DNA of 64,000 nt from a virus (lineage: Duplodnaviria; Caudoviricetes): positions 3,103 through 67,102 of the IMG/VR virus record IMGVR_UViG_3300049021_000095, one strand, 5' to 3'. Positions 23,195-32,910 of the stretch are shown here, piece by piece; within the stretch, counting starts at the first letter, position 1, and each line of letters opens with the position of its first letter. Made by a program: the position numbers and the translations under genes. Below the pieces are notes generated by a model. That model saw only the letters and a list, made by a program, of their open reading frames with translations, was not told the DNA's origin and did not search any database.

Positions 23195-25092
23195 AGGGTT
23201 CCGTCCGCTGCCTTGATCGACGTCACGAACCTCGGACCAATGAGCGCCATGGCTGCTGCGGTGGCGTGCAGGTTGTCGCCCTGTACGTACGTGCCGCCTG
23301 TCAGGTCGGACCAGCTCAGCGCGTAGGCGTTCGCGTCGGCCGTATCGTTCGCGTCGATCGCCGCGTTGATGGTGTTTAGATCCGCAAGCACGATACCGCC
23401 GCCCGTTTGTGCCGGGTTGAGCTTCATCATGTGGAACGGAATGTTTGCGGCGGTGAGCCCGAAGGCTTGCGCGGCAAAGCGCCGAATGTACGCCTTGATC
23501 GCGGTTAGGTTCGCCGCGTACTGGCCGGCTACAGTCGACCCCGCAGCTGCGTCGTTCTCGCCCTGCCACCAAGTGCATTGAACGGACGGCGCGCCGCCGA
23601 ACCGTGCCTTAGCCATGAACACGTTGCGGCGTACTTCGCTCGGCAGGTTGGTGGAGTAATAGCCCTGGAGGTTGTTCGTCGGGCCCGCGCCGTTCTGCCC
23701 ACCCCAGCTGGTCCCGGCGTTCGTCGCGCCTTGACCAACGCCGGCCATGTGGTGCGGTTTCGCGAAGCTGCCCCGCTGGATGTAGTGCTGAGCACCATGC
23801 ACAGTGCCGCGAAGTTCGAGCGATTGCAGCCCCACCGGGTCAACGGCGGTGTTATTCACGCTGCGCATCGCCTCTTTGACTTGCGCGTCCGGGAGGCCCG
23901 CGACGGCGCCGGTAGCGATACCGTTCGCTAGCGAGTTGCTCTGGCCGAAGTTGAGCAGCAGCAGATAGTCGACCGACGACGAGTAGAGCGGGGGCGTGTT
24001 GTAGGCGCCCATCACGAAGTTGTGCAGCTCGATGCCTTCGGCTTCCGTGAGCGGCGCCGCGGCTGGGTCGCGAACCCAGATCGCGAAAATCTCGGCGTTC
24101 AAAAAGTTGACGATAGAACCGCCGTTGTCGTGTGCGCCGATCGTCCACGTGTTGATCGCCTGCGTACCGACGTTGGCTTGGAGCGTTCCGTCCGCGTCGA
24201 TCGGGTCCAGCTCTTCGTTGCGGCGGAGAGTCGTGTCGGTGCCCGAACCGTTGTTCTTGACGCACACGCGCACCATCTGCTGGAGAGTGTTGTTCGCGTT
24301 GTGGGCAAAGTTGTTCGGCGTCGACTGGTGCGTGAAAACGTAGGCACCCGCAGCGAAGGATAGGATCTTCCGCGGCGTAGTGCTGCTGGTGCTGCTCCCA
24401 GCCGCAATTGTATTGCTCGCGTTCGTAGTGGCGTTTTTCTTGTACCAGATGACATATTCGAATGCCGAATCGTCGCCAGCTAACATCGTCGCAAGCGCGT
24501 TCAGGCGCATGTATGCGCTCGTGCCGTTGAGCGTGATCGACTTGCGGTTACCCTCCGGAGTCACCCAGCCGCTGGCGTTCAGGGCGCCGTTGACGATCGT
24601 GGGATTGCCCTGCGAAAAAATATCCGCGCGCGGAGCCCACGTGCTGCCGTCAGCGATGTCGTCACCCAGCAAGAAGTAGCCGCACTTTGCGGCGACGGGT
24701 ACCGTCGGCGCGGTGTACGTCGCCGCAGAGCTGTTCGTTACGGCCTGAGCGACCAGCGCAGCCGCGTTGTTCCCCGCGACGTCACGGACCGGATTCACGC
24801 CAGGCGTGTACGAAACAGTGACGGTCTGCCCGACGAGTATCGGCTGGCTGGTGGCCAGCGTGATCACCGCGCCCGAGCGTCCCGCCGAAACGAGCACGGC
24901 CGGCGTGCCGCCCAGCGAGTAGTCATTCTGGCTGGGCGTGCTGGCGCCCAAAGTCTCGTTGTACGTGAGCGCGATCGAGAGTCCGTCCGCGGCGACGACG
25001 GCGCTGGAGAGCGTGGGCGCCGTAACGTCGGGCGCGGCCTCGCTCCCGCGAAAGCCGATGCCGCCACCGAATCCTAATCCTCCGAAACGCAT
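23191..25092 (-). CDS. tail-associated protein: SwmB-like repeat, LamG-like domain and SGNH carbohydrate esterase (SASA-type)
   Basis: APTLSSAVV...RDVAGN repeat; FGQSN, WWQGENDA and DNLH catalytic motifs; alternative upstream ATG at 25149. Confidence 0.8.
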   Translation of the reverse strand: MRFGGLGFGGGIGFRGSEAAPDVTAPTLSSAVVAADGLSIALTYNETLGASTPSQNDYSLGGTPAVLVSAGRSGAVITLATSQPILVGQTVTVSYTPGVNPVRDVAGNNAAALVAQAVTNSSAATYTAPTVPVAAKCGYFLLGDDIADGSTWAPRADIFSQGNPTIVNGALNASGWVTPEGNRKSITLNGTSAYMRLNALATMLAGDDSAFEYVIWYKKNATTNASNTIAAGSSTSSTTPRKILSFAAGAYVFTHQSTPNNFAHNANNTLQQMVRVCVKNNGSGTDTTLRRNEELDPIDADGTLQANVGTQAINTWTIGAHDNGGSIVNFLNAEIFAIWVRDPAAAPLTEAEGIELHNFVMGAYNTPPLYSSSVDYLLLLNFGQSNSLANGIATGAVAGLPDAQVKEAMRSVNNTAVDPVGLQSLELRGTVHGAQHYIQRGSFAKPHHMAGVGQGATNAGTSWGGQNGAGPTNNLQGYYSTNLPSEVRRNVFMAKARFGGAPSVQCTWWQGENDAAAGSTVAGQYAANLTAIKAYIRRFAAQAFGLTAANIPFHMMKLNPAQTGGGIVLADLNTINAAIDANDTADANAYALSWSDLTGGTYVQGDNLHATAAAMALIGPRFVTSIKAADGTL

Positions 25093-25150
25093 GTTGCTTT
25101 CTCCACACGACAAGGTGAGCAAGTAGAGGCAGAGGGCCCGTCGACGCATT

Positions 25151-25948
25151 TCACAGCGGGTGGCCCAGCTTGAGGTAGTGCTCTGCCTCAGCGCGCTCGG
25201 CGCCCGACAGTGCTCCCGCGTAGACCAGTATCCCGCCCAGCACCATGTGCGTTAAGCCGGATAGGCCAATGCGGCGGATGCCGCCCACGGAGAACGTGTC
25301 GAGCGTCGTCGCGCCCACGTCGCTGTCCGCGGCTGGGGTGCTCACGCCGTCGAGGTTTGCGTCCAGTACCCCGTCGATGTGCAGCGCTACGCGCGTGCCC
25401 GTGAATGTTAGCGAGTAGATGTGCCGATTGGTGTCGACCGCCGTCGCAGCGTCTTTGACGCGCGACGTCGATGCGTCGTCGCGCCGCCCGGAGCCGATCA
25501 CGCCCGATACGCTTGCCGGCAACCGTAGGTCATGCAGCGGCGGGTCCACGCCGTTTCGCCCGAATCCCCACAGGCTCCGGATGTCGACCGATGTGCCCAA
25601 CGTCAAGATCTGGGCCGCCATCACGACGGTGAATGGCTGGTCCGTGCCCGTGACAGACGCGGCGAGACCATCGCCCTCGAGGACGTCGGTCGTGCCGTCG
25701 AACGTGAGCCCCGGACGAGTGCCGCCCCAGCTGGTGGCGCTGTACGCCGGCCTGCTCGTCCCGGTTGCTTGGAGGAGCGGGTTCGGGCCTCCGGCAATCC
25801 GGTTGCTCACCTGGCTGCACTCGCTCCCCGAGAGCGTCACGAGATCCGGGCGCACTTCGTACCAACCGATCAGCGTGGCCGAGCTGGCCATGCTCGGTCG
25901 CCAGCCGGCGCCGCTCGACGCCACCGCGGCGATTACCGACGGATGCAT
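25151..25948 (-). CDS. LamG/concanavalin-like virion protein
   Basis: GLTFDGTTD.L, LHIDGV, ILVYAGALS..ER. Confidence 0.7.
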   Translation of the reverse strand: MHPSVIAAVASSGAGWRPSMASSATLIGWYEVRPDLVTLSGSECSQVSNRIAGGPNPLLQATGTSRPAYSATSWGGTRPGLTFDGTTDVLEGDGLAASVTGTDQPFTVVMAAQILTLGTSVDIRSLWGFGRNGVDPPLHDLRLPASVSGVIGSGRRDDASTSRVKDAATAVDTNRHIYSLTFTGTRVALHIDGVLDANLDGVSTPAADSDVGATTLDTFSVGGIRRIGLSGLTHMVLGGILVYAGALSGAERAEAEHYLKLGHPL

Positions 25949-25950
25949 CG

Positions 25951-27255
25951 CTATGCCAACTCCCGCTCACCGAACACGCGCCAGCGGTTCGTAGCGAGCT
26001 TCGTGGCGCCGATGACCGCGTACTGCTTGAGCGTCTTGAGGGTCTCGCTGGTCTCGAGAGTGACTCCAGCGCCAGCTACCAGGGTCACCTGCCCCGCGCC
26101 GCTCTGGGTGAAGAGGATAGTCTTACCAACGCGAATCGCCACGCTTGCATGCGGAGGAATCGTAACTGCGCAGGTTTGCGTGCATTCGATCATGGCTCCG
26201 CCGTCCGAGAGGACACACGTGCGCGTCGTGGTCGACTCGGTGACGACGCGCATGGCGCCATCGGACTCCGCGCCCAGCCGGTAATTCGTGCCGTCGTAGT
26301 AGCCTCCAGCTACGTTCTCAGCGCTGGGCGACAGGTCCCAGTTGGGCTCGACTCCGCCCGCCCACATGACGCTGCCAGGCCATGTCGGCACACGCCCGCC
26401 CGTCGTGTCTTGCACGTGGCGCAGCTGCACCGCCGTGAATGCTGGCGGCGCGAGGAACGTGTAGGTGCAGTTGCCGGTGAGCGTCGACTTGTGCAGCGCC
26501 CCAGCAGACCAGTCGATGGTGTCGGCGGTTGAGCTGTTTCCGTCGTCGATCTCCTGTTCGTAGGAGATGCTCCTGACGTCGTCGATGGCCTGGTTTCCGA
26601 CGTCCCACGCGGCGGAAAGAGGAACTGTGCCGTCTGCGCGCACGTCTCCGCCTGTGGGATCGGCATCGAAGCTCAGGACCAGATCGGAAGCAGTCGTGGG
26701 CGGCAGCGCCGTCCCGAACACGTGAGCGACAGTGAGCTTCTTGTAGCCCGTGGCCGTCGTCCACGCGGACATGGTGAAAACCAGCTTCTTGGTCGGGTCG
26801 CTGATCGACTGAACGGTGATGCGCCCCTTGACGGTGCCGGGTGCGTCGTCGAGGCTGGCCAGCCACCCCGTGATGTCCGTACCTGCGGCGTCCGTGTCGT
26901 CGACGTAGATGCTCGTTATGCTAGCGGGGGTTGCATTGTTGAAGCGCAGCGTGCCCGCGCCCGGATCGCTGTCCGTCGTGGTGGTCGAGAACGTGAACTT
27001 GAAGGCGTCGCCGCCAGCTCCGCCGCCAGCAAAACCAGTGTAGGCACCCCAGCTAGCCCCGCTCCACTGATACCAAAGACCCGTGTCCGCGAGTAGGCAG
27101 AGGTCTTTTGTACGCAGCTGCGTGGCTGCAATGGCGTCGCGGGCCGCGGCGTTGGCCACGACCTTGACGGCGCCCATGATGTATTCGCCGCGCGTGATCG
27201 GCAGCGAGCCGCCGCTCGGCGGGGCGAGCGTTCCCAGGAAGTCGACGTCTGCCAT
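25951..27255 (-). CDS. tail fibre protein
   Basis: modular Thr/Gly-rich domains; C-terminal fibre-tip motif QSGAGQVTLVAGAGVTL..W.VFG. Confidence 0.75.
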   Translation of the reverse strand: MADVDFLGTLAPPSGGSLPITRGEYIMGAVKVVANAAARDAIAATQLRTKDLCLLADTGLWYQWSGASWGAYTGFAGGGAGGDAFKFTFSTTTTDSDPGAGTLRFNNATPASITSIYVDDTDAAGTDITGWLASLDDAPGTVKGRITVQSISDPTKKLVFTMSAWTTATGYKKLTVAHVFGTALPPTTASDLVLSFDADPTGGDVRADGTVPLSAAWDVGNQAIDDVRSISYEQEIDDGNSSTADTIDWSAGALHKSTLTGNCTYTFLAPPAFTAVQLRHVQDTTGGRVPTWPGSVMWAGGVEPNWDLSPSAENVAGGYYDGTNYRLGAESDGAMRVVTESTTTRTCVLSDGGAMIECTQTCAVTIPPHASVAIRVGKTILFTQSGAGQVTLVAGAGVTLETSETLKTLKQYAVIGATKLATNRWRVFGERELA

Positions 27256-27256
27256 G

Positions 27257-28081
27257 TTAGTTCGTCACGTCGAAGGTTTTGGTGCCCACGAACGCGGAGT
27301 CGAGCTCGTAGCGGTCGTAGTTCTCGGAGTAGCCCTGGGCGTTCGTGTACGAGCTCGTGCCGATCAGAGTGATGCCGACGCCGAATCCGGTGTCGTTGTC
27401 TTTCACGGTGGGCACGCCGTAGCGGGTCGGGAAGGCGAAGACCGCCCGCTGGCTACCGCCCGTCGACGTCGTCGTGAAAGAGAAGGTGCCGTTGGTGTCG
27501 AGCGTCGTGTAGGTCGCGGCGGCCACGATGGTGGCGAGGCTCGAGCCTGATGCGGCGACGCCGGCAAAGTTGCGCTGGCCCCAGGTGATCGTCAGCGTCG
27601 CGACATCGGCGTCGAAGCCATCGCTGCCGGTGAGCGTGTAGACATAGGTCTGGTTCGGGGTGTTTCGCTGGACGGCAATCGACGTGCTGAAGTTGGTTGG
27701 CGTGCCGACGACGTTCTTGCTCTCGCCGTTGGCGTTGTTGGTGAGGGTGAGGGTGACCGGCGTGCGGTTATGGGCGGCCGTGAAAGACGGCGTGATCGAC
27801 TGACCGGTCTCGACAAGCGTTGTCGCTGACGTGAACGTCGTGATGTCGTAGTCGGACGCCGGAGCAGCAACCCAAACCCCGCCCACGACTTTCAAGACTG
27901 AGCCGTTGTCGGCAACGGTCACGGCGGGCAGCCCACCGCCGGCCACCGTGATGTCAAACATGCCTGTCGAGCTGTTGTACGCCGCAGAAACTCCGATGAA
28001 ATTCCAGGCGTTGCGCCGGGGACTTTGTTCGGCGCCACCAACGAATAGGCGCTGCCCAGCGATGTAGTCGGTCCAATTCAT
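27257..28081 (-). CDS. tail fibre/structural protein
   Basis: Thr-rich beta composition; position among fibre genes. Confidence 0.7.
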   Translation of the reverse strand: MNWTDYIAGQRLFVGGAEQSPRRNAWNFIGVSAAYNSSTGMFDITVAGGGLPAVTVADNGSVLKVVGGVWVAAPASDYDITTFTSATTLVETGQSITPSFTAAHNRTPVTLTLTNNANGESKNVVGTPTNFSTSIAVQRNTPNQTYVYTLTGSDGFDADVATLTITWGQRNFAGVAASGSSLATIVAAATYTTLDTNGTFSFTTTSTGGSQRAVFAFPTRYGVPTVKDNDTGFGVGITLIGTSSYTNAQGYSENYDRYELDSAFVGTKTFDVTN

Positions 28082-28094
28082 GGGTTTTGCCGAA

Positions 28095-29414
28095 TCAGAG
28101 GAACATCTCGGACCAAGAACCGACGATCACCCAATCGAGCGCGCCGTCTCCATTGCGGTCGACGACGACCGCTTCGAAGCTCCGCCCGGTGTTGTTGTTG
28201 ATGGCGTTCGTGCCGCCGAAGTTCAGACCGATCACCGTGACGCCGGTCCAGTTGCCGCCGCTGCCGTCGTTGAAGATCGAGACTGTCAAACGCTGCCCCG
28301 CGAAGAGCTTCGCCGGCATGGTCAACGTGGGCGCCGTGCCGTTGAACGCCAGCGCGACGTGTCGCGCGCCATTGGGGATCGTGTAGGCGGTCGCAGGCCC
28401 CGGATACGCGGGTAGGTAGTGCTTGAGCTCGAGCGCTGAAGACAGCGCGAGCGCGGCGGAGCTGCCGTATTGCTCCATCGCCGGGTAACTGCCGATGATG
28501 GTCCCGCGCTCCACGATACGCGCACCGGCGTCCCAGCCCAGCATGCTTTTGCTGCCAACGCTGAGGCCGCCAAGCAAACGACAGCCATCCAGGCGCACGT
28601 TGCTGCCGTTGGTGGCGTACACGAAGTTTCCCGTACCGGTCGTGTGCGCCGAGCCATCAAGGCGCACGCCGTCAAGGTCCACGGTTGCTGCGCCGCCCAC
28701 GTAAACCAGGCCGTCGGAGTACGACGCTGGCATGGCGAGCGCGCCGCGCGTGAGCTTGACCGTTCCGTTGAGGATGTCGATGCCCCTCAGGAGCCCCGTC
28801 ACGTTCAGGCGGCAATCGATGAACTCCAGTTCTGAAGCAGCTGAGTTCAATGAAGCGAGCTTGCCTTGCAGGTTGCTGGACGGCGCACCGCCGGACGTGA
28901 ACCCGTTCCACGTGCAACGAACGAACTGCACGCGAGCATCAACGTTGTTGACGATGTGCGTGCCCGTCGTGGCGACGTTGCCCAGAAATCGAAGGTCCTG
29001 GAAGACGACCGGGTTGCTCTCCTGGTAGTCGAGAAACACGAAAGCGTTGGCGGTCGCGTGGTCGTGGAGCAGGAAACTCTTGTCCGGTACGCCGTATATC
29101 GAGACGCCACCCGGCACACTCAGTAGGCCATGGCGAAAGTTCCCCGGTGGTACAAAGACGTGCCCTCCGGCGGCGCCGGCGGCGTTCAGCGCATTCTGAA
29201 TAGCCGTCGTTGACGATCCGACGCCGGTCGGATCGGCCCCATACGCGCGCGTGATGTCGTAGAGCGCGCTCCGGCCGCGATTGTAGAGAAAGCGCGTCCG
29301 CTGCGTGAGCGGGTTGAAGCCCTGCGACAACGAACCCGAGTCCGCCAACTCACCGTTGTTCGGCCGCTGGACGTTCGCTACCCAGCTGTCCGTATCTGTT
29401 GCGTTAGTCGGCAT
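28095..29414 (-). CDS. tail spike with pectate-lyase-like beta-helix
   Basis: YDITRAYGADPTGVGSSTTAIQNALNAA...VFVPPGNF start of a parallel beta-helix. Confidence 0.8.
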   Translation of the reverse strand: MPTNATDTDSWVANVQRPNNGELADSGSLSQGFNPLTQRTRFLYNRGRSALYDITRAYGADPTGVGSSTTAIQNALNAAGAAGGHVFVPPGNFRHGLLSVPGGVSIYGVPDKSFLLHDHATANAFVFLDYQESNPVVFQDLRFLGNVATTGTHIVNNVDARVQFVRCTWNGFTSGGAPSSNLQGKLASLNSAASELEFIDCRLNVTGLLRGIDILNGTVKLTRGALAMPASYSDGLVYVGGAATVDLDGVRLDGSAHTTGTGNFVYATNGSNVRLDGCRLLGGLSVGSKSMLGWDAGARIVERGTIIGSYPAMEQYGSSAALALSSALELKHYLPAYPGPATAYTIPNGARHVALAFNGTAPTLTMPAKLFAGQRLTVSIFNDGSGGNWTGVTVIGLNFGGTNAINNNTGRSFEAVVVDRNGDGALDWVIVGSWSEMFL

Positions 29415-29417
29415 GGA

Positions 29418-30044
29418 TCAGAGTCCGAAGGCGATCTCGACGATCGATGTGTCAGCGAGCTCGAACGTGAATCCGCGGCAAATCCAGCGCGTCGGCTTCC
29501 ACTTGCGGACGATTCCGTGGATGAGCTGGTAGAACGCGATCGTGACGCCGACGCCGTAGATGGTGCCGTCGCCGTAGGTGAAGGAGCCCCATGTCGGACC
29601 GTTGCCGGTCACCGGGTGGCCGCTCGAGAATGGGAAGTGGACCCAAAACTGGGACCAGTAGGGAGCGGGCTCGCCGTTTGGACCGAGAGCGGCAGCGTCG
29701 AAGGTGATCTCGGTGCCCGGGTAACCGGCGTGGGCGAACTGCGCAACGATCGTGCCTTCGGATCCCGCGAACTTGTAGGCGTTCCAAGCGTCTCTGAGCC
29801 GCGACCGGTGCTGCGCAGCGGTCTCGCCCGGGTAGCGGGGCATGCCGCGCTCGCTGGCGATCAGCGGCAGCACGTCGTCGGGGCTGTCGGGTTCGGCGAT
29901 CCATGCCAGCTTGAGCGCGAGGCTCATGCCGTCGGCGATCTGGTCGCCGTGCAGGCTGCAGAGGACGCCGAACCAAACTGACGAGTAGCGCTGCGCGAAC
30001 GGACGCGGCAGGACCGCGTCCACCATGTCCTTGAAATTGCCCAT
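29418..30044 (-). CDS. baseplate wedge / tail protein I-like
   Basis: LPLIASERGMPRYPGET...RSRLR.AW; follows baseplate J. Confidence 0.7.
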   Translation of the reverse strand: MGNFKDMVDAVLPRPFAQRYSSVWFGVLCSLHGDQIADGMSLALKLAWIAEPDSPDDVLPLIASERGMPRYPGETAAQHRSRLRDAWNAYKFAGSEGTIVAQFAHAGYPGTEITFDAAALGPNGEPAPYWSQFWVHFPFSSGHPVTGNGPTWGSFTYGDGTIYGVGVTIAFYQLIHGIVRKWKPTRWICRGFTFELADTSIVEIAFGL

Positions 30045-31228
30045 CAGACGGCCGGCATGTAGTTGATCGAGATCGTGCCGAGCGTGATCTTGCCGAACGC
30101 AACGACACTGATATCGGCTGCCGGCAAGGACAGAGTGACGGTCTTACTGACGGTTTGACCGGCGACGGTTACCTGCCGGATTACGGACTCAATGTCGTTG
30201 AGTGGCACAACGTTGCTGGGGCCTGGGTAGAAGTCGTAGCCCCCGAGAGGGATACCCTTGATGAACTCGATGATTGCGGCTTCGGTTGCTGCCTGGAGAT
30301 CGGCTACCGAATAGGAGCCCTTGAAATAGACGGTGCCTGTGATGTTGAGCGGCGTCGCGGGTGCCGCGTCGACGATTGCCGTCTTGGGCGTGGCGGTCGA
30401 ACCGAAAACCCGAGCGTCAATGGCCGCCTGCGCGAGCGCGATGTCCCCGGCGCTGGCCGTCTCGAGATCGTTCGCCATCCAAACGTCGAACGTGCCGGCA
30501 CCCCGCGGGTTTTGACTGTCAACGGCTACGCCCGTGACAAGCTCGGTCGCGTTCAGGCAGATGTTGATGACCGCGTCGTCGATCAGCTCGTACTCGGTGA
30601 GTAGCGCCCACTTGGTCTTGTTGCGTGTGCGCAGGACCGGGTCGGCCTCTTCGTCTGTGCCGCTGCGCTCTACCAGGTCGCTCGTGACGGTGACCCCTGC
30701 GAGCGTGGTCAAGAGAGCCTTGACCGTGTCGGGCCCCTTGTTGCTGGCCGTCCCAGCGACCTCGGCCTCAAAGATCAGATCCGGTTGGCTGCCGCCGCTC
30801 ACCAGGGTGATCGGGAAGACCACCAATGGATCACCGTTGTCGATCAGCCGATACGTGGGTCCGTCAGGGTGCACGACCACAAGGTCGCTCTCGTCGAACG
30901 TGTGCGGGCCGGAGCCCGCCGCGCAGGTGAGCGTGATGCGTCGCTGGGCTGGTTGTGCGCCGTCTCGCTCGTTGTCGTAGTGGCTCCGCGAGAGCCGCGT
31001 GAGCGCCTCGCCCTTGGCCGTGTCGACGAGAGCTGACTCCTTGATGTAGACGGAAAGCTTGGAGGCCTGGTGCCCCACCTCCGCCGTCAGCTCGACGTGC
31101 GCCAGCGCGGGCTCGCCCTCTTGCCAGGACGTCGCTGTGTAGCCACCCGCATCAAGCTGATCGAGCAGCGATTGCTTGTAGTCGTCGTGCGAGATCTCGA
31201 CGACGTCAGCCCAATTGAGAGTGGCCAT
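30044..31228 (-). CDS. baseplate J-like protein
   Basis: DTAKGEALTRL, FEAEVAGTASN, GTDEEAD..LR.R, PRGAGTFDVW. Confidence 0.88.
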   Translation of the reverse strand: MATLNWADVVEISHDDYKQSLLDQLDAGGYTATSWQEGEPALAHVELTAEVGHQASKLSVYIKESALVDTAKGEALTRLSRSHYDNERDGAQPAQRRITLTCAAGSGPHTFDESDLVVVHPDGPTYRLIDNGDPLVVFPITLVSGGSQPDLIFEAEVAGTASNKGPDTVKALLTTLAGVTVTSDLVERSGTDEEADPVLRTRNKTKWALLTEYELIDDAVINICLNATELVTGVAVDSQNPRGAGTFDVWMANDLETASAGDIALAQAAIDARVFGSTATPKTAIVDAAPATPLNITGTVYFKGSYSVADLQAATEAAIIEFIKGIPLGGYDFYPGPSNVVPLNDIESVIRQVTVAGQTVSKTVTLSLPAADISVVAFGKITLGTISINYMPAV

Positions 31229-31231
31229 GCG

Positions 31232-31621
31232 TTAGGCGGCTTCGAGATCCAGCAGGGCCAGCTTGGCCTGCTCGATCAGTAGGGTTCGCGTAAAGGGGCC
31301 GGCGGCGTCGACAATGAGAAGCGTCAAGCGGATGGCGCGGCCGCCCTGTTCGTAGATGGCGGTCGCCTGCACGTCTTCGACCTGCTCGTCCTTCAGGCAC
31401 TCGGCCTCCGCAGCGGCCGCGATCGTCTCGGGGCGCGCCTTGCTGTTGAGGAATTGCGCCATGTCGGTGCCAAAATTCTGCCACCAGGGAAATCTCCCGC
31501 GCGGGGTCTGCAGTCGCACACAGAGCCTGTGGATCAGAGCCGTGCGCCCAAACACGGTGCGCATCTCGGGCGTGAAATCGCCCAGGCTCCAAAGGCCAAT
31601 GGTGTCGTCGATACCGGCCAT
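31232..31621 (-). CDS. gp25/GPW-like baseplate protein
   Basis: RLQTPRG.F.W..NFG.D, ECLKDEQVED; immediately before baseplate J in operon order. Confidence 0.75.
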   Translation of the reverse strand: MAGIDDTIGLWSLGDFTPEMRTVFGRTALIHRLCVRLQTPRGRFPWWQNFGTDMAQFLNSKARPETIAAAAEAECLKDEQVEDVQATAIYEQGGRAIRLTLLIVDAAGPFTRTLLIEQAKLALLDLEAA

Positions 31622-31623
31622 GG

Positions 31624-31708
31624 TGCTAAACTCAACCCCTGAAACACAGTGACCCGGCGTCGCGCTAACGACCCGGGTCTCGGCTCACCAGGAATGGGGT
31701 TCCCGATG
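31624..31708 (+). promoter_or_regulatory. HNH leader motif copy 2
   Basis: TGCTAAACT; AGT-GACCCGG-C-GTCG-CGCTAA-CGAC-CCGGGTC; GGAA/TTCC hairpin before the ATG. Confidence 0.8.
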
Positions 31709-32257
31709 AACACTAAGACCGTAGCTTGCGCCACGTGCGGTGCCCAATGCCTAAGTTCGGGGCGCTGGAAGTTCTGTTCCCTTGCATGCCGTTTTGCGAG
31801 TCACGTTGACCAGAACGGCGCGATCCCTGCGCATAGGCCTGAATTGGGGAGGTGCGCGGTTTGGACCGGCGCTCGCGACACGAAGGGCTACGGCCAGATC
31901 AACCTCGCTAATCGCGAAAGGCGAGGAACGCACCGCGTAGCCTTCTTCCTGGCACACGGCAGGTGGCCAGAACCGATGGCTCTTCACAAGTGCGACAACC
32001 CCGCATGCGTCCGAGTTGATCACCTGTTTGAAGGGGACGATCTTGACAACGTTCGGGACATGCTCCGCAAAGGTCGCAATGGGCAACCGCACGGCGAGGA
32101 CGCTGGCATGGCTCGGTTGACAGAGGCGCTCGTCACCGAGATACGGTCTGCCGTCGCAAAGGGCGAACCACAGCGCGCCGTGGCCCGACGAATGCAAATC
32201 CCAAGAACAACCGTTGGTTGCGTGGTTAGGCGCCAGACCTGGAAGCACATGGCCTGA
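31706..32257 (+). CDS. free-standing HNH homing endonuclease 2 (N-terminal Zn finger, C-terminal HTH)
   Basis: CATC...KFCSLAC, WTGARD.KGYG, LHKCDNPACVRVDHLFEG. Confidence 0.92.
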   Translation: MNTKTVACATCGAQCLSSGRWKFCSLACRFASHVDQNGAIPAHRPELGRCAVWTGARDTKGYGQINLANRERRGTHRVAFFLAHGRWPEPMALHKCDNPACVRVDHLFEGDDLDNVRDMLRKGRNGQPHGEDAGMARLTEALVTEIRSAVAKGEPQRAVARRMQIPRTTVGCVVRRQTWKHMA

Positions 32258-32282
32258 AAATCGGCCTAGGTTTGGCTCAAGG

Positions 32283-32311
32283 TTGCGCGCGACCGGCCGT
32301 CTGGTTAGCCT
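32283..32311 (+). promoter_or_regulatory. sigma70-type promoter for the lipoprotein pair
   Basis: TTGCGC-17 nt-TAGCCT, 8 nt before the ATG at 32320. Confidence 0.55.
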
Positions 32312-32319
32312 GAGGATTC

Positions 32320-32910
32320 ATGTCGAGACTGGCGTTTGTGGTCGGGGTGCTGGCGATGGCGTGTGGCGGCGAGCCATCGAGTTGGGGTGACGTCACGATC
32401 GTCAAGGGCGGAGCGTCGGGCGCGCCGGCTGCAGCTGCGGGGTCACACGCGGCAATTGCTGGGTCGGGCGACGACGGCGGCGACGACGTCGGCGGAAGCG
32501 CTGGCGAGGCGCCTGCGAGCGCTGGCACGGGCCAGGCGGCGGGCTCGGGTGGCGTAGGTGTGCTGACCGGCGGCACCGGCGGGACTAGCGGTGGTGGCGC
32601 CGGCGGATCCGCATCTGCCGGCACGGCCGGTGAGCAGAGTCAGGGCGGAGAGAGCCAAGGTGGCTCGAGTGCCGGAACTGGGGGCACTGGCGGCAAGTCC
32701 GGCGGCGGCGGTGGCGGCGGCACAGGCGGCAAGCCGGAGCCGCTTGAGTGCGCTTCCGACACCTTGGATTGCACCGACGAGCCTGGTTGCGAGACGTGGA
32801 TTGGTGAGGTCGACAACTGCGGCGAGTGCGGCAAGAAGTGCCACGCGACCCAGGTCTGTAAGCTTCTCGGCGGCCCCGGCACCTGGCACGCGGGATGCGC
32901 GTCGCCATGA
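32320..32910 (+). CDS. lipoprotein with Gly-rich linker and Cys-rich repeat (myxobacterial type)
   Basis: signal ...VLAMA-C; long GGS/GGT linker; DC..EPGCET....DNCGECGKKC...C. Confidence 0.8.
   Translation: MSRLAFVVGVLAMACGGEPSSWGDVTIVKGGASGAPAAAAGSHAAIAGSGDDGGDDVGGSAGEAPASAGTGQAAGSGGVGVLTGGTGGTSGGGAGGSASAGTAGEQSQGGESQGGSSAGTGGTGGKSGGGGGGGTGGKPEPLECASDTLDCTDEPGCETWIGEVDNCGECGKKCHATQVCKLLGGPGTWHAGCASP

Noticed and set aside
23191-29414. Diversity-generating retroelement or invertible fibre cassette
   Set aside because: No reverse transcriptase or invertase gene and no near-identical template/variable repeat pair was seen.
32400-32740. GGC-rich tandem repeat as a DNA element
   Set aside because: Explained by the Gly/Ser/Ala linker of the lipoprotein.
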